DNA of 64,000 bases from Octopus vulgaris (Eukaryota), in NCBI GenBank assembly GCA_951406725.2, contig OX597815.1, forward strand, positions 74,214,001-74,278,000, read 5' to 3'. Within the stretch, counting starts at the first letter, position 1. The number at the start of each line of letters is the position of its first letter. The translations under genes were made by a program, and so were the position numbers. The notes beneath the pieces were generated by a model, which did not search any database, was not told the DNA's origin, and was given only the letters and a program-made list of their open reading frames with translations. Positions 27,095-42,319 of the stretch are shown in pieces.

Positions 27095-27380
27095 TAGTCA
27101 AAGAGAATAAACGAACATTAAAAATAACAATAACAAACAAGAAGAAGACGTGCACATGGAATGTATTAGTTTGATGCTCAGTAAAAAGAGAGAGTTTTTG
27201 ACATTGCTGTTGGTGATTCTGCCTCCCCTCTTTAGACTTTTCTGGTTTCCTTTCCAATGAAGAGCTATGCTCGAAATGTCAAAAACTCTCTTTTTACTGA
27301 GCATCAAACCAGTACATTCCATGTGCATGTCCTTTTGTTTGTTATTGTTATTTCTAATGTTTGTTTATTCAATTTCACTA
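27095..27380. mobile_element. Penelope-like pLTR remnant: inverted repeat enclosing a hammerhead-like motif
   Basis: Arms 27095-27205 and 27275-27380 are near-perfect reverse complements; the spacer and right arm start carry ...aatgaagagctatgctcgaaatgtc. Confidence 0.65.
27251..27284 (+). ncRNA. Degenerate hammerhead-like motif
   Basis: ttt-CCAATGA-a-gagc(tat)gctc-GAAAT-GTC-aaaa. The core box is mutated relative to CUGANGA. Confidence 0.4.
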
Positions 27381-28707
27381 TATATATTATTATTATCATC
27401 ATCATCATCATTTAACATCTGTTTTCCATGCTAGCATGGGTTGGATGGTTCGACCGGGGTCTGGGAAGCCAGGAGGCTGCACCAGGCTCAAGTCTGATCT
27501 GGCAGTATTTCTACAGCTGGATGCCCTTCCTAACACCAACCACTCCGTGAGTGTAATGAGTGCTTTTCACATGCCACTGGCACAGAGGCCAGAGGAGGCT
27601 GGCAAACGGCCACGATCGGTTGATGCTTTTACATGTCACTGGCACAGATGCCAGTCAGGTGGCACTGGCATTAGCCACGTTCAGACGGTGCTTTTTATGT
27701 GTCACCGGTATGTGTATCTTAACTACAATTTCCATTTGATTTTTATTTTGATGTTGGTGTTGACGTACTTGACTCAATAGGTCTCCTCAAGAACATTGGG
27801 TCACTCTTCGATCCAAGGTTAGCACAGCAGGCCGTCCTGCGAGCCACGAACTCACTTCATATGCATATATATATATATTATAATGAAAAGTATTGGTACA
27901 AGTGTATCAAATAGTTAAATAGTTACTCGCATGTTTATTTTTCATTTCTTTTTTTTTTGTGATATTGGCACAGGGGTGGCTGCATGGTAAGAAGTTTACT
28001 TCTCAACCACATGGTTCTAGGTACAGTCCTACTACATGGCATCTTGGGCAAGCTTTGTGAGTTGATTTGGTATATGAAAACTGAAAGAAGCCTGTCATGT
28101 GTGTTTTGTGTGTATGTGTGTGCCTGTGTGTTTGTGTTTGCCTGCAACACCACTGGTTGACAACTGGTGTTGGTTTGTTTATATTCCTGTAAGTTAATAG
28201 TTTAGCAAAAGAGACTGACTGAATTAGTGCCAGACTTAAAAACAGTAAGTACAGGACTTGATTTGTTTGAGTAAAAACTCAAGACGGTGCCCCAGTATGA
28301 CCTCAGTCCAATGACTAAAACAAGATATAAAAGATAAATTGCTGAATGTTTTCTTTTGTAGCAATGAATTTATAATGAGGTGTTGTTATCTCAATCAATT
28401 ATGTTTGAGATTTATATGGAAGAAAAATCACTGTTTACACTAGCTGAATCTATTAACAGAATTTTCCATGAGACAGGAAGAAAGAGAAAAACTGAGTACA
28501 TAAAATTGATACATTCATTTTATGGGATGTGTAATAATTACAACAGAATATTTAATAGCTTGATGATTCTACTACATTATTACATATTATTCTATATTTA
28601 ATAAGGTACTATATACTTTGAATGAATATAGATTAAGTTGTTTTTGTTTTTTTGTTAGAGTTGTTGCAAGATTGTTTCTTGTTTATGTCTATTGTTTTAA
28701 AATATAA

Positions 28708-28742
<35 letters not shown>

Positions 28743-29869
28743 TTCATGCAGAAGCCATAGATCTATTCTTCAACAGCTCTCATTAAAATACATTGACGTG
28801 TTTGTTTGTTCAGTCAATATTTGTAGAAAATACTGTTGTATATACATGTATCATAAAAAGTAATTGCTATTTCAATCATATTTTTAGCCAAAATTCATTA
28901 GTCTACAAGTGGACTTGTTTCTCCTCCAGATTTAGACTGTAATCTGTTAACTTTTGTAGAGAAAAGAATAATCTTCTTTTGATTGTAAATATATCATGCT
29001 CCACTTATTGTATACAATCTTAAAATGATTTTTTTTTATTTGACTTCTTACATTAAAAACAGAAAAATAAATCTGGCATTGGTTCATTTTTGTATGTGTT
29101 TTTCCATGTTGAGGCATTGTTTTACAACTGAACACCCTTCCTGTTGCTAATCCTTACCTGTTTTGTCAAGTAAGTGGGTATCTTATTCTCTGTCTTTGGA
29201 TGTGCGAAGCCATCAGACAGGTGATATGACTGCAACATCACTGCTGGTAAGCTGAGTGATGTTCTGAGAAGCACAAATGTAAACATGCATGCATACACCT
29301 CAGTTCAAGAGGGAAATATTACCTTGTTTGGAAATAAGTGAGGATTGGCAACATGAAGGACATCCAGCTATAGAAAATCTACTTCAATAATTTTCATCCA
29401 GCCCATACAAGCATGGAGAAGTGGATATTAAATTGATGATGATAGTGATGTGTATATGAAAGACCTCTTTCAGTCTGCCTAGACTTCTGTTTGACTTGGG
29501 GTTTAATTGAGATGACACTTGCTCTTGCTGCCATGCTGTGAGACTGGTCCTGACCATGTTTACACTTATATATTCTGAGTAAACAAATAAGTATTTTCTT
29601 TTAGATATCTAAACTACTTCTAAATTTAAAAGCTTAGAAATTCCTATTGGCATTTCTGTTTTCAAGGACAAAATGACGTTAAGAATCTATCTTCCTGTAG
29701 CACATTGTATTATATTTATCTACTGTCACTTTCTTTTCAACTGGAATATGTTATCAGGTAGACGTATTCCTAGTTAAAGGTGAAGTCTTGTTGACCAGTA
29801 TTTTCTAAGGTGACTATATTGATCATATCCTTGCCAAAACTGAAAAATCAGAAAGCACTGAGGTATTTG

Positions 29870-29907
<38 letters not shown>

Positions 29908-31705
29908 ATCATCATCATCATCGTTTAACATCCGTTTTCCATGCTAGCATGGGTTACACACACATACAGAGACATTAATCTCATTCTGTCTTGTCTCTTC
30001 TAGACATGTTTTAATACTTCTAGACATGCGTTAAATAGCATAAAGTTACTGTTTGAAGCAGTAGTGTTAACTGGTAAAGTTTTTTTATCGTTATATTAAA
30101 GAGCTAGAGAAATAACAAGCTTAATTAGTTCATTATAGTATGATTATCTGATATTATCATGATTTCTATTGTAGTTAGAAGAAAATGAAATTTCTTTCAA
30201 AATAAGAAAGGTTCAAGTTTAAATTAGAAGTGATGGTAGATAAGAATAGATGTAAATCATCACAAACCATCTCAAACCTATTGGAATCCTTGGTAGATAT
30301 TAAGCAGGGGAATTGTCTCCATATTTATTAGTTTCTTAACAAAACAGGTCTAGTCTTGTCTAACTAGCATGGAATGACAACAAAAAATATAAAAAGGATT
30401 GTTTTTTTATATTTATACACATATAAGCTATGTAAATGTATGCAGTTCGCATTTTTAGACTGTTAATTGATATGAATTATGACAATACTAAAATAACTGT
30501 TTCCTCCATGGCATCTTCAATATAACATCATATCTGGTTGGTTTCAAGGTGATGACTCTTAATGTAAATTTATCTAAATATTACTCAGATACCATTAAGC
30601 GTCTATTTCAAATGGTTTTTGGGGTTGTGAAATTGTCCATGACACACCTACTGGTAGTTGTCAGTGCTGTACCTGTGATAGAGGAAGTATTAATAATAAC
30701 AACAACTATAATAATAATAATAAATAGTTTTCTTTCTAGATTTGTTTTTTAGTAATTTAGTTTGTGAGCTAAACGGGTTAGGTCTAATACTTTGGAAGTT
30801 AGTGTGGCTGACAAAAAGTTGGTAAGTTTATTATTAATTTATTACATATGGGACTTAGTGTTTGCTATCTTGTTTAATGCTTCCAAGGAAACCTGAAGCA
30901 GCTGTGTGTACTATAAGTATGAAATGTGATTTTTTTCGTTTATTTTTTTTTAATTGCTTGCTTCAAAAGGTAGAAGTGCTACTTAGCTTGTACAGCAACT
31001 GTTACTTATTCCACTCTCCCCTGCCATTTAAAATAATTATTACAACCTTTAATTGAATTATCTAATATATATCTAATATATGTATTCATACACACACCCA
31101 CACACATGGTGTCATAAAATGAATGCTTTTATAGTAATTTTTAATTATATACACTTCCTGAGAATTTTAGTGGGTTTTTATGATTAGATTTATTTATTAT
31201 TTTTTTTTAACATGTTTATAAAAGAATTGAAGTGTTTTTTAGCAAAATATCAACAAGTCTTCATCACAAGCTACAACATTAACAGCCAGAAAATTAATTT
31301 TATATAAATTTATTGATTTAATTTCTTTTTGAAAAATTGAACTACAATTTCTAAAAATCTTTTGGAAAAATTACCCCCCCACCACAATCATTTTTTACAT
31401 GCACAATCAAATAATCCAATACATATATATGAAATTCTTTCTTTTCAGCAAAATTTTATTGTGTTGCATTCTAAAATGTAATTTATTTCTTGAATGCATT
31501 GTTTATTTGAATGAGGAATTAAATTGTTTGACAATATCTGGTACATATATGTGCCCTCCCTGATTCTTCTGAGACAACTGGAAGAAGTTCTGAGGTTATT
31601 ATTATATATGCTATTTACTTTTGGGACAGACTGATTCCTGCAACCATGTCATTTCTTGTGTAAAATATTGTGGAAGAATTAACACTTTGTTTTAATTTCT
31701 TACAG

Positions 31706-31738
31706 GATTCCTTGTGTATTACATAACTGCCGTATAAG
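31706..31738 (+). CDS. Candidate 33-nt microexon (phase 2 to 2), encoding (R)IPCVLHNCRI
   Basis: Acceptor ttgttttaatttcttacag|, donor AAG|gttagt. Only one of three frames is open. It lies in a SINE-free stretch with TGCATG (31895-31900) and TACTAAC (31913-31919) downstream. Confidence 0.55.
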
Positions 31739-32359
31739 GTTAGTGGGGAATGTTACCCATGCTATAGAAATGTGTGCTTTTTTCTGAATATCTTTCTACT
31801 GTTGTTTGCTTGCTATTGGTGATCTTAAACCTTTCAGTTGAATGCTGCTGTTACTAAGGTCAATAATGGATTTTCTAGACACAATTTTCCAGTCTGCATG
31901 GATTTTTAGTTTTACTAACATTTAGCATTGCTAATATTTTCTGTTTGACTTAAGCTGCAATCTTATATACTATTTTATTGAGAATCTTTCTGGCTGTGCA
32001 TTTATACTTTATTGATATATAATTTGCTTTTCCTATTTCCATCAGCTCTCTGCTACTCTGTATTGTTAAGCATACAGTATATGTTTAATATAAGCCAAAA
32101 GGATTTTCTTCTTTCTAACATTTTTTTTGCTTCAGCTTTCTGATCGATAAAAGAAATGTCACTTAAACATTTTTGCAATGGACCTTTTTAAAGGAAAAAA
32201 TAACCATTAAAGTCTTGTGTGCTTTAATATGTATCATTGTTATATTTGTTATGCCATCTATTAGTGTTAGAAAGATAATAATTTTATTCATGGATATGAA
32301 GTGACTGAATGAGTCAGAGTGCAGGTTTTTTTTTTTTTGAATGAGAAATGTTTGTAATT

Positions 32360-32812
32360 CTTTCAAATTTTGGCACAAGGCCAGTAATTTTCAGAGGAAG
32401 GGATGAGTCAATTATATCAACTCCAGTACTTGACTGGTATTTTATTGTCCTGACCCAAAAGCATAAAAAGTTAACCTTAGTGGGATTTGAACTCAACATA
32501 AAAAGCTAGAAGTGCTATTAAGCATTTTGTTTGATATGCTAACAGTTCTTCCAACTTAACATGTTAATGACAGAACTATAAATAATAACAATAGTTTCAA
32601 ATTTTGAACAGAAGGCTAGCCATTTTAATGGAAGGGATCGAGCCAGTTATATTGACCTCACTACTTGACTGGTTCTATATTTCATTGACCTTTGAAAGAT
32701 GTAAAGCAAAGTTGACCTTGGCAGGATTCAAACTCAGAATGTAAGGAATCAAAAGAAATGCCACTAAGCATTTTGTCTGATGTGCTTACAATTCTGCCAG
32801 CTCACTGCCTTA
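32360..32812 (-). mobile_element. Two tandem family-B SINEs
   Basis: Two successive tttcaaatttt...aaagttgacctt...gatttgaactc...aagcattttgt units. Confidence 0.65.
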
Positions 32813-35800
32813 ATGAGAGAACTGTTAATAATAATGTTGTAGTTTTGAAATTAAAAAAAAATTTTTTTATAATCATTTGTTTGTTGGTTACATGTGAGAG
32901 CTGCTAAGGTAATAATACTAGACTATTATAATCATGAAATAAACTTCTGAAATTGATTAGGTAAAGTGCTCTGTTATCAATCTTTTTGCCAGCAGGCATG
33001 TATTTTCTGATGGTGGCATTGATAAGTTGTATCATTATTTATGCTAAAATATCAGTAAGGGAATTCATATATCTCAACGGATGCTAGACTGTTGTTTCTG
33101 GGAATAACTAAGTTTATTGCTAATTTGAGATTCATATTTGAAAGCAAGATTAAGAATAACAATGGAACATTTACTGATGAGGGGGACTCAGTACGTGAGC
33201 AGATTCAAATTTAGATTGGTTGAATAAGCTGTCACAGGGAAGTGAATGTCCCAGTCAACATGAATTATATAACTAAAGTTTATGTAGATGAAACTGTAAA
33301 TGAAAATTTGCTTTCTTTTACTGATCTTTCAGAACCAGAGAGAGAGGTGGGAAGGACAGGTCACACGTTAAATTTTAAAGATGAGTGTTATCATCTGAGA
33401 TATGGAGGTGAGAATAATAGAGATGTTGTAACTATGTCCAATCATTTTGCTTGAGGGGTCTTTCTTTGTGAGTACTTGGTGACCTCACTAGTGCTGGTGC
33501 CACAATAAAAGCACCTAGCACATACTCCTTGTAAAATGGTTGGTGATTGGAAGAAACATGCCAAAGCAGACATTGAAGCTCAGCACATTCCTCTGGCTCT
33601 TCAGTTCCTGTCAAAATGTCTAACCCATGCCAACATGGAAAAAGAAGTTTAATGATGATGTGTATTGTAAGAAGATATCCATTTGTTACTCTATATTATT
33701 ATTATTATTAGCAGGTCATTTGGCAAAAAGCTGAACATTCATACATCATCCTTGATGGGAGAGCTCATCATTATTATATGTATGCTCCTAGAGATTTAAG
33801 TTGTTGCCCACAGAGAATGAGATCAAATTAACTTGTTTAAGAGGTTATTTTAATTGTAGGGTGTCTGTAGATTTGGCACAGGAAAGTGAATGAAGGTTTT
33901 GATAACTTAGGTGGAGAACTTAGTGGATCATGAGATAGTAACAAAAAGGTGGATCAAAGATTTATTTATATTGAGATTGGAATGGGTGCAGTGTTGGTAA
34001 CCAAGCAGTTTGCCTTAGCAGTAGGGGGTGTTGCTAATAGTTATGTAGATTTCAATAGGAGTGGAAGGAGATACTGTTCAATGTTGCTGTGGGTGTATTT
34101 GGCTGACAAGTAGAACAAACAGTTAAGTTACAGTTGGAGATGGATATTTTGTTTGACTATGTGTATATAATATATATATATATATAATCATTTATCATCC
34201 GCTTTCCATGCTAGCATGGGTTGGACGGTTCAACTGGGGTCTGGGAGGCCAGAAGGCTGCAACCAGGCCCAGTCTGATCTGGCAATGTTTCTACGGCTGG
34301 ATGCCCTTCCTAACGCCAACCACTCCTTGAGTGTAGTGGGTGCTTTTTTCGTGCCAGACGGGGCTGGCAAACGACCATACTTTAAACATAAATGTATACT
34401 TAATGAAAACACTTCAAATTTCTTTCAAGTGCTTTCTGAAATAATAACTGTGTAGCATATTTTAGTTTTTAAAAATCTTTTAAATCTTGGTTCTTTCTTG
34501 GAAGTCTATCTTCATCCTATTTTCTGTGGATAAGATGGAATTTGTTAAGGCAGATTTACAACAGCTAGATGCCCATCCTGCTTCTAAGCAAGGTATTATT
34601 TCCTTGTGATTAAACATGTTTTCATGGAAAATTGGAAATGAATAGCACCATGTTCATGATGGTAACACTTATTTACAACAATCAAAAATTGTCATGAGGT
34701 TCCCCCCCCAAAAAAAAAATGTATAAACGGAGGAAGGTCTTACACAATGAAATCATTTCTTGTTATATATTATGTAGACCTGAAATGCATGTATTAAGTG
34801 ATTTCAAAATATTACCATTTAGTTTGACTTCATTTTTATAACTTATATACAAAGAAGACAGGCTTAGGGCCCAGGGCTATAGTAGAAGACACATGTCCAA
34901 GGTGCCATGTGGTGAGACTGAACCCAAAAGTATGTGATTAGAAAGCAAATTGCTTTTGGGTGACAAAGATGATGTCCATTATAAAATCATCAGTCTGCTT
35001 ACACTAAGATATCTAAATGTGCTATAAGATGCTTCTTCCTCACAAGATAGGACATTTGTGTATTTATTCTACTTGCCTGAAAATATATTTAAATTCTACA
35101 TTGCATTTGAAATCCAGCTAACAGTAAAGACACTGACAAAACTGAATGTATGTGTGTGTGTCTTTATACTCACCCGTACAGACAGAAAATAAAAGAAACT
35201 AAATTATAATTACCTTGGATAGTTTCAATTACATTTTCAGTTATTGATAATGCTTTTTTGATTTGATGCAGTTTGGAAATAAGTTTATTACTGTTTATCT
35301 TTGACAGTCAATTAATAATTCATTTGACAGTCAATAACAATTCATTAGTGGTTAGTTTATTTGTGGATTTTATAACTGTTGGTTATTGTTGCAATCTAAT
35401 TTATATATGTATATTTGAAACAGTTAATATCTGTCGAATAATATTTAGTAGTAATTATGTCGTTATATATTTTAAAGTTTCTTTTCACGTACATTTGTGT
35501 GTGCGTTGTTGAGTTTGTAGGAAGGGGCATTATCTGTTACTTTTTGGGGCTCTTGGAATTTGGTGAGTTTGATGCTGTTAATACTCAATTCTGTAGAAAA
35601 AAATATTACAGAAGAATAATGCTTTGGAGAGAAAGGACCAGGCATAAAAGTTAGTACAGAACCAAAGGGGTTGAATGTACTGAGAGTGAGGAGAGGTGGA
35701 AATGAAAGTGGTAGGTGCATGAGACCAACCAGTTTCAGGGAATAAGTTCCATTTTAGTAGAGATAGAAAAGATAGAGGAAGGGGACAGCATGTCTGTGAA

Positions 35801-36267
35801 GAGATAAAAAAAAATTGCAGAATTAAATTACCTCCATTTCTCTTGAGTTCCTAGCAAATACTGCTAGGTTTTTGTTTATTTTCTCCAACTGAAAGAGAAA
35901 TAAGTTGAAAAATTTTGCATATGTCATTTAGTACATTGTTCCTTAGTTTATTTATTCTAAGAATAACATTTAATTAGATAGATTCCAATGTGGATTATAT
36001 GATTACGAGAAATCTCTCTTGCATGAAAACACGCAAAATGTGGTGATCTGGCAAAACTGTTAGCATGCCTGCAAAATGCTTAGTGGCATTTCATGTCTTT
36101 CTATTCTGAGTTCAAATTTTGCTGAGGCTGACTTTATCCTTCATCCTTTCAGGATCGATTAAGTAAGTACCAGTCAAGTTCTAGGGTCAATGTAATTGAC
36201 TCACACTTCCTTTCAGAAATTGCTGGCCCTGTACCAAAATTTAAAGCTATTATGTGCATGCATGCAT

Positions 36268-36307
<40 letters not shown>

Positions 36308-37044
36308 CATGTTTGTGTGCATGAGTATATATGTGAGTGTCTCTCTTTGCGTATGAGTTTGTGATGGAAAGAAATGGTTCTGCAGAATGGTGTTATGAAT
36401 GTAAAGTTGCATGTGTGTGTATATATATGCATGTCTGTGTATGTGTGTTTGTGTTTGTATGAGAGAGAGAGAGAAAGAAAGAGAGAGAGGTGAGTAGTTT
36501 GAAGCTTCAGGAATCCTGGTCAAAATGTCACTTTTGGCATGTCTTGGATAATATTACTGAGAGCTGCATTCATTATTAATAGCTCCTTGGAAATTAATGC
36601 TACCAATGTCATTCATTGCAAAGCAATAAAAATAGTTTTCAATTACTTATTCCTTTGTATCTATCCTATAGTGGTGATGTGTGGCCTCTTTGTTCAACCT
36701 ATTTATAGTTAGGAGTTTACAATTGAAAGTTTTGTTCCTTTGCCAGAATCACATCACAACATTACACTGACAGAATTATATAAGCCTTTTGACCAGTATT
36801 CTAATGTTTTACCCACCTGTGTCTTTCTCATGTGTGTATATAAAAGCTGAAAGTTCTTTATATATAGGTGCAGATGTATTGTGTCATTAAGAAACTTGCT
36901 ATTTCACAGCCATGTGGTTTCAGGCTCAGTCCTTCAGTCCTACTGCATAGCACTTTGGGCAAATGTCTACTACTATAGTACAGGGCTAATCAAAGCCTTG
37001 TGAGTGGGTTTTGTACAGGGAAACTGAAAAGTCTATATATCTAT

Positions 37045-37059
37045 ATACACATGCACACA

Positions 37060-37119
<60 letters not shown>

Positions 37120-37140
37120 TATATGCATGCACACACACAT
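37045..37140. repeat. (CA)n microsatellite
   Basis: Direct reading. Confidence 0.9.
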
Positions 37141-40100
37141 ACATATAAGTGAAAGAAATAGCATTATTACCAGAAGGCAATCTTTATATCATCTAACTTA
37201 AACCTTTTGGTATTAATACTTTTTCCATCGCTAATATTTATTTTTAATAAGCCTGCTGGCTGTTTGTGACATTGGTGACGAAAAAAACTGTTATTTTATA
37301 TATTTTGGGCAGTGAGATTTGCCATTGAAGAAGCACAGTATGCTGAAATTACGCAATCAGGCAAATTTGGTGCTCATGCCAGGCGATTCTCATTTGTTAC
37401 AATATATATCTGTGCTTTTATGCACCATACGTTTATATGAGAGGACTTCTCAAGGCGAATACTATAGTATTTGATGTTTTAACAATACATCCTTGTTAAG
37501 CTGGATATTAAAGATTGTCTTTTGATATATATATATCTGTGTATGTGTCCCTCTTTGTTTTGACATCACATGATAGTTATAAGTGTCATAGTCATACAAG
37601 CAGTGTCCTTCCTTTCCAATTTTTTGTGAAATCACATCATATGATGGGGAAGTATTACCTTGGTTGGAAGCAGGGTTGAGTTGGTGACAGAGTATCTGTC
37701 TCAGTGATTCCATCTGACCGATGCAAGCATAGAAAAGTTGGCATCTAAATAATGGTGGTGGCGATGTTGATTGTGTGTGTGTGTGTGTGTGCAGGCATAG
37801 TTGTGTGGTTAAGAAGTTTACTTCCCAACCATATAGTTCTAGTCTTAGTTCCATTATGTGTCACTGAGGGTGTCTTTTTCTATTAGCCTCTGGTCAACCA
37901 ATGCCTTGTGAGTGGATTTGGTAGAACAGGAACTGGAAGAAGTCTTTCATTTGTGTGTGTAACACATTTGTTTACATTTGTGCTTCCCTCAGATTTGCTT
38001 GCTACAAGTGGTTATGTTGTTTCTCTTATTAACAAATCATCTGCTGGCTTTGTATATCCAAGCCTGTGTAGAGTGAGAGACCCCTAGCTTGAAAACCAGG
38101 TGGGGACATATAATGCATGAAAGAGAGAGAAAGAAAGAAAGAGGTTGTGTGTATGCATAGCTATAATTGGAAAAGTTTGCTTTGTCACTATGTAGTTCTG
38201 GATTTGATTCCACTACTTGGTATCTTGGCAACTGTCTTTTATAACTTCACACATGGTATTGAACTGTCTAATAATGTGTGGAAATTTTGTTGTTGAAGCT
38301 GGTTTGGAAGGCCATCATGTGTATATGTACACGTACACACACAATATTGAATGTGGAACTTAATATAGAAAGATGTTTAGAATACAAGCCTTTGGTGGGG
38401 AAATGTGTTGATAAACATGATGCCAATATGGTTTAAGTGTTTGTATTTTAAATATGTTTATTTATTTATAAAAATGTCGACAGGTTGCAAACTGCTTTGT
38501 ACTTGGGAACTCATCTAAGCATGCTCAAACAAATTCTCAAGATTTAAACATTTTAGTCAACCTGTCAGCATTCTTATCAAATAAATAAATCACTTACTTT
38601 GCATATACTACATTGAGTCTTTTATTTAGACTGTGGTTTTCTAGTGCTAACATACAAGCATAATCTAATATATTGTTTCTAATCTAGGCACAAAGCCAGC
38701 AGTTTTGAGGGAAGTGTATGTGTGTGTTGGGGTGGGTTAGTAGTCCCCATTGGTCCCAGTGCTTGATTGATATTTTATAGATCCCTGGAGGATGAAAGGT
38801 AAAGTTGACTTTGGCAGGATTTGGACTCAAATGTAAATGACCATAACACCATGAGGCATTTTGTCTGATGTGCTAATGATTCTGTCATACCTGCTAACAT
38901 CATCGTTTTAACATCCACTTTTCCATCTGTGGATAGGCTAGACAGAATTTGTTGAGGCAGATTTTCTACTGCCGAATGGATGCACTTCCTGTTGCCAACC
39001 TTCTTCTGCTTCCAAGCAAGGAAATATTTCCTCAGAGCTGGACTTGTTTTAATAAACAATTGTAAATGATGGCCTTGCTTGTATGATAGTGATGCTCATT
39101 TACATCTATTGTGCAATGTTAAGAAGAAGAGACACAGACATTCACCCATGCATTCAGATAAGTGATGGGTTTCTTTCAGTTTCCATCTACCAAATCCACT
39201 AACAAGGGACTTGGGGCTATAGTAGAAGACACTTGCCCAAAATGCCACACAGTGGGACTGAATCCCAAGCCACATGGATGGGAAATGAACTTCTTAGGCA
39301 CACAGCCACAATTGCCCCCCCCCCCCACACACTATTCCATGTGTGCCTGCACCAGCAAAAACAGTATGGCTATGAACCAGTGATAAAAATCAGTAAAATA
39401 ATATATAAATGATATTGCACATTATAAGCATGAAAAATGTAGTACATTACTATATCGTTTTTTTTTTGTTGTTTTTTGTGTAAAAAAATTAACTTGTGTG
39501 GTGCTGAAGACCACCACAAACCTGAATGATTGTATTTTATTAGCACGAATAAATTCTACAATGGTATAGGGACAGATGGATCCAGGGGGACAGTTTTGTT
39601 TATACAGATTCAGCATTAATCATATCAGTTAGGGTTATAATTTAATTTTCAATCAGACACCCCACTCATAATCCTCTCATGTTTTAAGTTGTACTGTGTT
39701 GAGATTTAAAACTTTGTGCTTAAGTGTCCAGTGTTTTAAAAATAGCCAGGAATTAAACCAAATGGCATTTGATGGTTGCAATGAGTAGGTTGCATGATTA
39801 TGTAACTTCTCTTGTGCTTGTACATATTCTTAGACCCCTCCCTTCTTTTTTTTTTTTATTGTCTTGCGTAACTAAAGTTTGCACTGTTCTTGAATCTCTG
39901 CTGGTTTGTCTCATCATAACTAAGATTGATGTGGAGAATGGAGAAGGAAGATAAGCAACAGCTTTTTTAAAAGGAAAACCTTAGTGGTGTGGAATAAATT
40001 AAGAAGGTAGAGGAAAGTAATATAGCTATGCTATATTATTATATTACTTGCAGTAATGCTGTCTGCAAGTGAAATAAAATATGTTTGCGGATACATAGGG

Positions 40101-41704
40101 GATTGCTTCAGTCAGTAGTGGAAATAGCTGGGTTTTGAAACTTCTTTTCTGCTAACTTTATGGAGTTTAGCAGGAAAGATTTATTAACATTCATAAATGT
40201 ATTCAACAGTGAAGAAGCCACTAATCCAAAATGGCCAGTTTGAGAGATGCTTTTATGTTAGGTTTTTATAAAAGTATCTTGATTTACATGCACAGATATG
40301 GCTGTGTGGTTAAGAAGCTATTTTGTTGCCACATAGTTTTGTGTTTGGCTCCTCTGTGTGGCATCTTGGGTAACTGCCTCAGGTCAACCAGTACCTTGTG
40401 AGTGGATTTGGTTGACAGAAACAACTGTGTGGAAGCCTATTGTGTGTGTGTGGCCTTGTTTCTTTTTCTATCCCCACTCCTACTGTCACCAACTCCATTG
40501 TCCAAACCCCTCTGCATCTCTACCATCTGTTTCCTCCACATTTATGTGTGTGTGTCCGTGTCCCACTGCTACCTGACAATCAGTGTTAGTTTGTTTATGT
40601 CCTTGTAACTTAACAATTCAGCAACAAACTGACAAAATAAGTACTAGATTTGAAAAATAAGTACTGGGGTTGATTTGTTCAACTTAACTCTTCACACCCC
40701 AGCATGGCCACCATCCTGTGACTGAAACGAGTAAAAAACCAAAAGAATATATGTGTGTGTGTGTGTATCTTCAAAAAGACTTTTATAAGTAGTATAGTTG
40801 AACCAAAATAAATTTAATTGTAATTTACTTTCAATACTTTCGTATTGTTCTACAGATCTTATTAATGTTTCAAAGTTGATATACAATGAATATTATTTGT
40901 ATTTTGTCTGCTTGTTGAACATGCCACGAGGTGCAGTTAACAGTTGTCACGATAGACATAGAATGAAGGGTGTAAGATGCTGATAGTTTGAGTTGGGTTC
41001 AATTTGCCTATAATGAATGCGCAATACTTGTGGATAATTAACAATTTTATTTCACAGCAGAAATATTTTCTATGTTGGTCATGTATTAAAAATGCAACAA
41101 CAAAGTTTACACACTGGAAATGACAATTGTGTAGCTATTACAAGTATGTAGTTGATTAAGAAGGCTCTGTAAATAAACTTCCACAACAAAAGAAAATATA
41201 CCAGGCTGGGTTCATGACTGCAAACTGTAGCTGCTGTCTACTAGGTTGAGTAAGGAGTCATTAGAACAACTGTTGAAAAGCAGCAAAATAAGAGTGCAGT
41301 TAGTTTAGCTGTGATCATCCACAAACTGAGGCAAGAGGTGAGACATGTGAAAATGAATTGGCCGGTCTCTGTGCAATATGGTCTGGCAAGAATGAAGACG
41401 CATTTCTCTTGGCCATCCTTGACATTGCAAAGCTGGCACTAAAAACATGCCTATTTATAAGCCTTGTAAAGAGATCAAGTAGATTGGTCTATAACTCAGC
41501 CAATCACATGAATAACTTTGCAATTTGTCGATTCAGTTTCAAATCTTACAACAGACATAACTGTCTCACATCATCCTTTAATCTTGGTTAAGTGTTATCT
41601 TTTTGTGTAGTTGGAGAAACCAAGAATGGCCATGTATAACATTAATTGTTTATATTAAAAAAACAGTTATTGGAAAGATGGATGAGATCTGAATATAATA
41701 CTTG

Positions 41705-42120
41705 TTTATCTTGTTTCAGTCATTGCACTGTGGCCATGCTGGGGCACTGCCTTGAAGGGTTCAGTTGAACAAGTCGACTCCAGTACTTTGTTTTTAAAAG
41801 TCCGTTACTTATTCTATTGATTTCTTTTTCGCTGAACTGCTGTGGGGATGTAAACAAACTAGCACCAGTAATCAAACAGTGGCAGGAGACAAACATGCAC
41901 ATACATTCACACACGCACATACATTCATACACTCATGCATGCATTCACACACTCACACACATAATGACCTTCCACACAGTTTCTGTCTACCAAACTCACT
42001 CACAAGGGACTAGTTGGCCCAGGGCTATAGTAGAAGACACTTGTCCAAAGTGCTGTGTGGTGGCACTGAACCCAAAACCTTGAGGTTGCAAAGTTAGCTT
42101 CTTAACCATGCAGGCATGCT
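41705..42120 (-). mobile_element. SINE family A (full)
   Basis: Reverse complement of the 42320-42700 type copy. Confidence 0.7.
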
Positions 42121-42319
42121 GGGAGAAAGTATTCAGGTGTGAATTTGTTTAATTAGCTGCCAAAACAAATATAGAGGATCTTTTATTTACTCATTATCCT
42201 CTATAAGCGTATATTCCTATGTAATCTGTTAATTTCTTTTTTTGTCATCGTAGTATATCAAATGTACTTTTTAGTTTTTCTGATGTCAGAGACAACAATT
42301 TCAATCAACATTTTGTTTT

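Noticed and set aside
33174-33210. CTGATGA as a further hammerhead
   Set aside because: No GAAA box or flanking stems at a suitable distance.
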